Virus record (IMG/VR): IMGVR_UViG_3300028392_000077
Location: 1-56,864 of that record
DNA length: 56,864 nt
Source of the DNA: a virus
Lineage: Duplodnaviria; Caudoviricetes
Reading direction: 5' to 3' (one strand)
In this document: one piece after another, positions 51,526 to 56,864 of the stretch
How the letters are laid out: each line of letters starts with the position of its first letter
Position numbering within the stretch: position 1 is the first letter of the stretch
The notes under the pieces: model-generated
Told to the model about the DNA's origin: nothing
Seen by the model: the letters and a program-made list of their open reading frames with translations, nothing else
Databases searched by the model: none
Translations under genes and position numbers: made by a program

Positions 51526-52123
51526 TAATAACAGTCTCCCCTGCACTATTAAACTTATTTTCTCTGATCCATGTTATCAGTACATACTTTATACCAGAAG
51601 TAACAGGTAACCCTGCGTGTTCTGAGTCACGATTTAGATTACCATCAACATCAATATTTCTCCAATAACATAATAACCCCTTTTGAGGTTTCACTTTTTT
51701 ATTTAGCTGATAAAATTTTGTTTCTCCACCAGTAAAATTGTCATTTAGATATAGAATACATGAGTATATTCTTTGTCCACCTTGACTCATGGTTCTGTCA
51801 TAATAATTAGTACCTGGATGAAAAAAATCATTATGTCTTTTATATTGACATCCTATTTTATATTCTACAATGTGTGGTGTTTCGAAATTATCTATGGACA
51901 TACCAGTTAAGTCTTTTAATTTTTCCTGGTATTTTTTAATTAAATCATCACAATTATTCGATATCCAATCAAACTTAGCACTTCTATAACCGGGAACATA
52001 TTCTCCCAAAGTACCACTTCCACCATTATCGGAGTATCGAAATTCTTTAGTGTAGTTTTCTAATATAGAATCACACTCTTCTTCGGTGAAGAAATTTTCT
52101 ATTGTATGAACTTCTGTTGTCAT
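51515..52123 (-). CDS. Prolyl 4-hydroxylase-like 2OG-Fe(II) oxygenase
   Basis: ENFFTEEEC, Y..G.QY..H.DFF, GGQR....LYLND...GGET.F and H.GLPV..G.KY....W.R motifs. Confidence 0.9.
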   Translation of the reverse strand: MTTEVHTIENFFTEEECDSILENYTKEFRYSDNGGSGTLGEYVPGYRSAKFDWISNNCDDLIKKYQEKLKDLTGMSIDNFETPHIVEYKIGCQYKRHNDFFHPGTNYYDRTMSQGGQRIYSCILYLNDNFTGGETKFYQLNKKVKPQKGLLCYWRNIDVDGNLNRDSEHAGLPVTSGIKYVLITWIRENKFNSAGETVINDV

Positions 52124-52141
52124 GATTAATATTGAATTAGT

Positions 52142-52460
52142 GGTGGGTATTGAGTACCAAGGAACCCACCGAACCCCGACTAAGCAGCTAGTGCGTAGTT
52201 GTAATCGCTATCATTTGCAATTATTTTATTTATCTTCTACGACCGGGTAACCCCAATCCTAACGGCTTCCGATACTTGCCGATTCTCCGATGTTCTTTCA
52301 ATGCGCTGTCGAATCTATGTCATCCCCATCAGAAGTATTCTATACTACGTTCCACTTTGTGAAGGAATCGAACCTTCATCGCTGTATAAAATACTTTTGG
52401 TGGAGATGGCCGGTACCGCCCCGGCGTCCAACGCACCTATTTCAACATCATCAACGAATT
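52142..52460 (-). ncRNA. ssrA: Circularly permuted (two-piece) tmRNA
   Basis: Acceptor piece first (...GGAC-GCCGG-GGCGGTA-CCGGC-CATCTCC-ACCA, CCA end at 52398), then a 70-nt intervening segment, then GGGGATG...GATTCGAC from 52327. Stem has G3.U70. Tag ANDSDYNYALAA* at 52218-52180. Outer ends approximate. Confidence 0.93.
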
Positions 52461-52463
52461 CTT

Positions 52464-52691
52464 TTACTTGGTATTCGCCTTAGTGAATACTCTATCAAAC
52501 TTAGCATTCAAATCTGAATGTTCACTCTTAATGGCTTCATGGTCAGAAACAATACTAGCATGCTGTGCTTCGTGAGTTTGATGTGCTGTTTCAAGAGCAG
52601 ACACCCTATCTCGCAAAGAATCCACATCCTTAGTGGATGCACAACCGACCATACTAAACATAACCATTGCCAATACAATAAACTTACTCAT
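52464..52691 (-). CDS. Lpp/OprI-like coiled-coil lipoprotein
   Basis: Signal peptide with lipobox MVG-C17, continuous heptads, C-terminal DRVFTKANTK ending in Lys; AGGAG RBS. Confidence 0.8.
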   Translation of the reverse strand: MSKFIVLAMVMFSMVGCASTKDVDSLRDRVSALETAHQTHEAQHASIVSDHEAIKSEHSDLNAKFDRVFTKANTK

Positions 52692-52701
52692 ATTATTTCT
52701 C

Positions 52702-52857
52702 CTAATTTATATTTTCAACATCATCATTGATAAATTCATCAACGAATTCTTCTAGGCATTTACCACAACAAAGGTCATCTTCCATAAGTCTGGTTATTAA
52801 TGTTTCTTTGTCTGTATATTCAGAATTCCGAATATCTCTACAAATACAAACAACCAT
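52702..52857 (-). CDS. Bfd-like [2Fe-2S] small protein (51 aa)
   Basis: Not in ORF track. MVVCICRDIRNSEYTDKETLITRLMEDDLCCGKCLEEFVDEFINDDVENIN; CxC...CGKC as in bacterioferritin-associated ferredoxin, with a shorter spacer. Confidence 0.65.
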   Translation of the reverse strand: MVVCICRDIRNSEYTDKETLITRLMEDDLCCGKCLEEFVDEFINDDVENIN

Positions 52858-52858
52858 C

Positions 52859-52990
52859 TTACTTAATTCTTTGTGTTTTCTTGCCTTTTAAACTTTTCTT
52901 GGTAATCTTCTTGTACAGTTTAGCCTCCTTTTCAGGATTCTGCTTGAAGATTGCTTCGAAGTATTTTTGAATGAGTTCTTTAACTTTCAT
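52859..52990 (-). CDS. Small basic hypothetical protein (43 aa)
   Basis: Not in ORF track. MKVKELIQKYFEAIFKQNPEKEAKLYKKITKKSLKGKKTQRIK; ATG 6 nt after a perfect -10 box (leaderless). Confidence 0.65.
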   Translation of the reverse strand: MKVKELIQKYFEAIFKQNPEKEAKLYKKITKKSLKGKKTQRIK

Positions 52991-52996
52991 TGGAAC

Positions 52997-53025
52997 ATTA
53001 TACCACAAAGTTAGATTCCTGTCAA
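52997..53025 (-). promoter_or_regulatory. Perfect sigma70 promoter for the basic peptide/Bfd/lipoprotein/tmRNA/oxygenase unit
   Basis: TTGACA-17-TATAAT with extended TG. Confidence 0.85.
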
Positions 53026-53691
53026 TCTTTTTGGATTATCCAAGTATCTATAATACTTGATATATTCTCCTAATTTATATATATGATCTGTTGTTTTCTC
53101 GACATAGATTAATGGTTGTTCATCTTCTACTGCCATAATAATAACAATTTGATCAATAGGAATTCCAATCATTTCCTCATACATTAGTGCATATGCTGTG
53201 CATTGTGCAAAATAATCAGGAATATCTTCCTTTGATTTTAGTCTTTTACTTGTTTTAAAATCAATAACAGAAAGAGTACCATCAAATTCACCGATACAAT
53301 CAACTCTACCTGCCATCATCAATTTTAAAGACCACAGAGCGCATTCCTGATAATGAATGTTGTTGATTCTATTGAGATGTGGTTTAATCGACTGGAACAT
53401 CTCCAGTGCGTCTGGCATGGGTGTTCCGAGTGATTGATTGTTGAGATAGTTCTCACACAATGTGTGTAAATTGGTGCCCCGTCTAGATGCTTTAGCGGAT
53501 ATCTTATTGGCAACTTCTTCACCAACTCTTTGTCTCCACTCCATGATAGACTTTTTCTTTTGGGCACCAATTACAGTGGTCACTGATGGTAATTTTTCTC
53601 CCGTTGGAGTGATATAATATCTTTTACCATCTTCAAATGTTTTAGCCTCGATATCGGGTAATACCTTTGGCGGACAAAAATTAAAAATCAC
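53011..53691 (-). CDS. PD-(D/E)XK exonuclease
   Basis: GKRYY.TP.G..LPSVTTV, RGT..H...E, AGRVDCI and IDFKTS...YFAQ..AYA motifs. Confidence 0.9.
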   Translation of the reverse strand: MIFNFCPPKVLPDIEAKTFEDGKRYYITPTGEKLPSVTTVIGAQKKKSIMEWRQRVGEEVANKISAKASRRGTNLHTLCENYLNNQSLGTPMPDALEMFQSIKPHLNRINNIHYQECALWSLKLMMAGRVDCIGEFDGTLSVIDFKTSKRLKSKEDIPDYFAQCTAYALMYEEMIGIPIDQIVIIMAVEDEQPLIYVEKTTDHIYKLGEYIKYYRYLDNPKRLTGI

Positions 53692-54389
53692 AGTCCCTGT
53701 TTCTCCTTCTCTCTCAGATAATCACGAACAAAACCTGAACGTACTACATCATCAATAGTAAATCTGATTTCAGCCACATCTTCCATATTTTCCAAAATTC
53801 TCATTGCATCTTGGAATCCAGATTTCTCTCTCTTAATACTTAGGTCATTCTGATTGAAGTCACCACACAAAATAAATCTGCAATTCTCACCAATACGAGT
53901 TAATACTGTATCAATTTCATGAAATGTTGCAGACTGAAATTCATCAAAAATAATTATACTATCAGTAAAAGTTAAACCACGAAGAAAACTTGTTGTTTGA
54001 AATTCAACAATTTCCTTATTCATCAAAAAGTGCCAGGCATCTCCACGACCAATCAATTCGTTTGCAATATTCTTATACGGATCTTGATATACTTTAGATT
54101 TTTCTTCTAGAGTACCAGGAACGAAACCTAAATCTCTCGATGGTACTGCTGAACGAATAATAATAAGTTTTTTGTATTGCGAATTGCTGTCCTTGATTAT
54201 ATCCCTTAAAGCCAAAAACATTGCAAGAAATGATTTACCTGATCCAGCTGAACCAGATAATACCAAATGTTTACCATCATCAAATGATTCAAAAACTCTT
54301 TCTTGAGTTTCTGTAATAGGAATTATTCTTTTAATGGAGAAATGTTGCTTCTGTGCTTCTTCGGCAGCTGTCCTTCTTTTTGTTGCCAT
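53688..54389 (-). CDS. phoH: PhoH-like ATPase
   Basis: Walker A GSAGSGKS, LGFVPG.LEEK, FLRGLTF, DEFQ, TRIG, GD..Q.DL and DVVRSG. Confidence 0.95.
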   Translation of the reverse strand: MATKRRTAAEEAQKQHFSIKRIIPITETQERVFESFDDGKHLVLSGSAGSGKSFLAMFLALRDIIKDSNSQYKKLIIIRSAVPSRDLGFVPGTLEEKSKVYQDPYKNIANELIGRGDAWHFLMNKEIVEFQTTSFLRGLTFTDSIIIFDEFQSATFHEIDTVLTRIGENCRFILCGDFNQNDLSIKREKSGFQDAMRILENMEDVAEIRFTIDDVVRSGFVRDYLREKEKQGL

Positions 54390-54410
54390 GGTGTCCTTTT
54401 AATGTTTGTA

Positions 54411-54692
54411 TTATTCCCACTTCCTGCCCTGCGTTTTGTGGGATTTATGTAAAGTATTTCCTGGAACTGAAGCTTTAATACGATCAATAACACCATGTTC
54501 AAAAGCAGGATCACATTTCATAGTTCCTGGTACATTCATTCTGATTGGGTCCGACATTACATGAAGATTTTCTGGTGTGTGATACCTCTTTAATTGTGGA
54601 TTGTCGATAAGGAATTGGTCATATTCCTTATATGAAAAGGAATGTTCTTCAATTTCATTTGTTTCTGTGTTAACGAAGTCATAGCGGGGCAT
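54411..54692 (-). CDS. Conserved T4-like hypothetical protein (FmdB-like N-terminus lacking the Cys residues)
   Basis: MP.YDF.NTET.EI.E.......D.FL..NP pattern recalled upstream of phoH in T4-like phages. Confidence 0.7.
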   Translation of the reverse strand: MPRYDFVNTETNEIEEHSFSYKEYDQFLIDNPQLKRYHTPENLHVMSDPIRMNVPGTMKCDPAFEHGVIDRIKASVPGNTLHKSHKTQGRKWE

Positions 54693-55260
54693 TATTCACC
54701 TCATACCATTCTGGGATTGGTCTACTATTTATTTTTCCTGACCATGACGCCAGTTTAGATTTATTCTTTATATAGTAGTTTCGGTACGATTCCAACGAAT
54801 TACCTAAAATTTTTACATCATCAGGCATTGCAGGAGTAGGTTCAGTAAACATATGAACTTTAAGGTTCTTAGGATATGTAGCAAGATCATTAACTAATCC
54901 ATCACGATCACACTTATGTACTTTACCATATCTAAAAGTATATTCTTTACAGAGTTCCACTAAAAGAGAATGTAGCCAAGAATAGTTTGCGATACTTTCT
55001 CTTACCCAAATAGCTGAAGGATGGTTTACATGGGTAGCCGAATAAAGACGAGATTCAAGAGTGGGATCACGACTATCGGTAAGTACATATACTTTCTTTT
55101 TACGACCAGAAGCACTGTAACCGTCAATAATAGTCCCATCAAGCACACGGTGAGCGGTTGAGAGTAGTTGGGAATATTCTAAAATCATCTTAATTAGATG
55201 TTTATCATTATGGAATCTTGCACATTCCGCCGGGTTCTTTGAAAGATAAAAAATATTCAT
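54679..55260 (-). CDS. Conserved phage protein, pyrimidine-dimer glycosylase (DenV)-related family
   Basis: MNIFYL...P..CA..H.DKH..KMILEY.QLLSTAHR, TH.NHPS.IW.R and EYT.RYGK.H motifs. Confidence 0.65.
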   Translation of the reverse strand: MNIFYLSKNPAECARFHNDKHLIKMILEYSQLLSTAHRVLDGTIIDGYSASGRKKKVYVLTDSRDPTLESRLYSATHVNHPSAIWVRESIANYSWLHSLLVELCKEYTFRYGKVHKCDRDGLVNDLATYPKNLKVHMFTEPTPAMPDDVKILGNSLESYRNYYIKNKSKLASWSGKINSRPIPEWYEVNNAPL

Positions 55261-55292
55261 AATGTGTAACGTAGAATAGTGAAATCAAGATC

Positions 55293-55321
55293 ATTGTATC
55301 ACATAAGATACACTTTGTCAA
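55293..55321 (-). promoter_or_regulatory. sigma70 promoter
   Basis: TTGACA-17-TACAAT with extended TG. Confidence 0.8.
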
Positions 55322-55327
55322 TGTGTA

Positions 55328-55591
55328 TTACTTCTCAGAAATACCGATTCTTGTTATACCTGGTTCATCTGGTGTGTTATACCATCCAACTTCATGTTCA
55401 GGAGTTTCTTTCGGATAGGAAGATTCCTTATCCACGATATCCAAATAACCATCAAAAGTATAACCAGAAGCCTTCAGGAATCTTTCGAAATTTTCGATAA
55501 GATCTGTTAGTGTAATAACACCCTCAACCTCATGTTTGATAGTGGTTTTTGGATGTTGTTCATCTTCATGAATAAACGTATATTTTGCCAT
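55328..55591 (-). CDS. Hypothetical protein
   Basis: 87-aa ORF with AAGGA RBS; F..FL.A.GY motif common in small phage proteins. Confidence 0.7.
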   Translation of the reverse strand: MAKYTFIHEDEQHPKTTIKHEVEGVITLTDLIENFERFLKASGYTFDGYLDIVDKESSYPKETPEHEVGWYNTPDEPGITRIGISEK

Positions 55592-55592
55592 G

Positions 55593-56009
55593 TTATCCTT
55601 TCAGTGACTTAATCTTATTCTGAATATCTTCTGATGATACCGTCTGCATTGCAAATTGCCTGAACAAGTCATAGGAGTCTGTTACCTTAATATCATACTT
55701 ACCTGTACCATCATTACAGAATAAGGCACATCCACCAGCAGAAAGTGGTGCAATTTCAACAACCTGATCCAGATTAATAATAACAGGACATCCCTTTTCA
55801 ACCGAATTCACTTCAACAAAAGTACTCATTTTATTTTCTCCTTTTTCAATAACTTTAAGTTTCTCTTCAACAGGTCCTTCAACAATACCAAATTTCACTT
55901 GGCATTTTTTAATGTGGGTTTTAAGGTTACCCTTACCTCCACCAATTTCTTTGCCGCAATGTGGACAACCACGTTTAGTTTCATTATCAAATGGCATCAG
56001 TTGCTCCAT
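55593..56009 (-). CDS. Hypothetical protein with N-terminal C2HC zinc finger; likely second start at 55829
   Basis: CPHCGK...H...C; internal AAGGAG RBS followed by ATG (MSTFVEV). Confidence 0.65.
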   Translation of the reverse strand: MEQLMPFDNETKRGCPHCGKEIGGGKGNLKTHIKKCQVKFGIVEGPVEEKLKVIEKGENKMSTFVEVNSVEKGCPVIINLDQVVEIAPLSAGGCALFCNDGTGKYDIKVTDSYDLFRQFAMQTVSSEDIQNKIKSLKG

Positions 56010-56211
56010 ATCCAGTAATCAAAATTAATAAGAATATGAGAGTATATATGACATCTGAAATGGACTTATAATAAAAATAAGTTACTTCATCTTCAGTCAT
56101 ATCTCGCTGTGCAAGAAGTATGGATGATGCATCATCACCACCCATGACTTCAATGGTTTTGTTAATTTCTTTGAGATGTTTTCTCGCGGAAAGATAATTA
56201 ATGAAGTTCAT
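55987..56211 (-). CDS. Small membrane protein
   Basis: C-terminal hydrophobic helix VIYTLIFLLILITG; TAATG coupling to the upstream gene. Confidence 0.65.
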   Translation of the reverse strand: MNFINYLSARKHLKEINKTIEVMGGDDASSILLAQRDMTEDEVTYFYYKSISDVIYTLIFLLILITGYGATDAI

Positions 56212-56633
56212 TACTTCCTCGTTACAGAATCATCGAATTTGGAATTGAAAGACCATTTATTATAATCAGCATCATATGGACTTCCGCCATTCATGCCTGT
56301 AACCACGCCACGAACACCATTCCAAACATCAGAACAACCAACGGGACCAATATCTCCAGTGGTCATCATAGGCTTTGGCTTTTGCATTACATCTAAACGA
56401 TGTTCCAATTCATAAAACTTCTTATCATATTCATCAAGAATACCAAGAAGTTTGCCAATAGTTACATATCCATTACTTCCTTCTTTAGATTCCATAATGG
56501 GTTCGATATTCTTAATATAGACATCAAACATCTTATTATAGATATATTCCTTTTCTTGTTCATGTAAATTGCAGAAACCAGGTAACCAGGTTTCACACAT
56601 AGAATATACAATTTGTACTTTAGTCATTTTCAT
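56211..56633 (-). CDS. Hypothetical protein
   Basis: Start moved to the ATG at 56633, 4 nt after the upstream stop. Confidence 0.65.
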   Translation of the reverse strand: MKMTKVQIVYSMCETWLPGFCNLHEQEKEYIYNKMFDVYIKNIEPIMESKEGSNGYVTIGKLLGILDEYDKKFYELEHRLDVMQKPKPMMTTGDIGPVGCSDVWNGVRGVVTGMNGGSPYDADYNKWSFNSKFDDSVTRK

Positions 56634-56637
56634 AGTT

Positions 56638-56864
56638 CTAATCCCAAAGCGCACGCCAGTGCTGGCCCAGCAGTCTCAACCCATTATCAATCTTTGCAGA
56701 GTGTGCTTTATAACCTTCTATATCAAAAGTGTGAGTGTGTTTCGGTCCATGTTTCATTTCTGAATATTTTGATCCTTCTTCCTTTTCGAATGTGATGTCC
56801 ATCTTTCCAGTGTGGAATTGGTCTTCCCAGTCACAATCAGGTTGCATCTGTTCTAGCGACCAGA
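56638..56864 (-). CDS. Conserved phage hypothetical protein, 3' portion only
   Basis: Frame open to the window edge (WSLEQMQPDCDW...); C-terminal I.NGLRL.G.....LWD motif. Confidence 0.7.
   Translation of the reverse strand, partial: WSLEQMQPDCDWEDQFHTGKMDITFEKEEGSKYSEMKHGPKHTHTFDIEGYKAHSAKIDNGLRLLGQHWRALWD

Noticed and set aside
52355-52440. Standalone tRNA gene
   Set aside because: The CCA end belongs to the tmRNA acceptor piece; the GTTCGATTC hairpin has no matching D-arm, anticodon arm or acceptor stem.
52290-52730. Plus-strand ORFs 52290-52517, 52301-52483 and 52518-52730
   Set aside because: They are antisense shadows of the tmRNA and lipoprotein gene, with no RBS or recognisable motifs.
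53011-53691. Cas4 / CRISPR adaptation gene
   Set aside because: PD-(D/E)XK fold, but it lacks the Cas4 four-Cys cluster pattern and sits in the usual phoH-exonuclease context.
1-56864. Stop-codon reassignment
   Set aside because: Core genes are intact under the standard code, and TAA, TAG and TGA all serve as stops.

Overview
AT-rich segment of a large T4-like myovirus genome (uncultured aquatic T4-superfamily gene order). 1-41455, minus strand, is a late virion module: several very large modular tail fibres (Mtd-N-like N-termini, shared ANTQLKxYTDG repeats, YadA-like repeats, collagen, S74 chaperones), a DUF4815 protein, gp8, gp7, gp6, gp25, PAAR, a split gp5, hub, gp53 and gp48. 41489-48502, plus strand, holds gp4, gp2, gp54-like, gp26, gp51 and two tape-measure-like proteins, one with transglycosylase and M15 peptidase domains. 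48545-56864, minus strand, holds gp32, gp59, gp33, an RlpA-like protein, two 2OG-Fe(II) oxygenases, a circularly permuted two-piece tmRNA, an Lpp/OprI-like lipoprotein, a Bfd-like protein, an exonuclease, PhoH and hypotheticals. Best leads: the permuted tmRNA with a structured T-loop-containing intervening segment, a probable -1 frameshift fusing gp26 to gp51, a histidine-zipper lipoprotein, a perfect antisense sigma70 promoter inside the baseplate operon, and near-identical repeats shared between fibre genes. All family calls come from motif recognition by eye; no searches were run.
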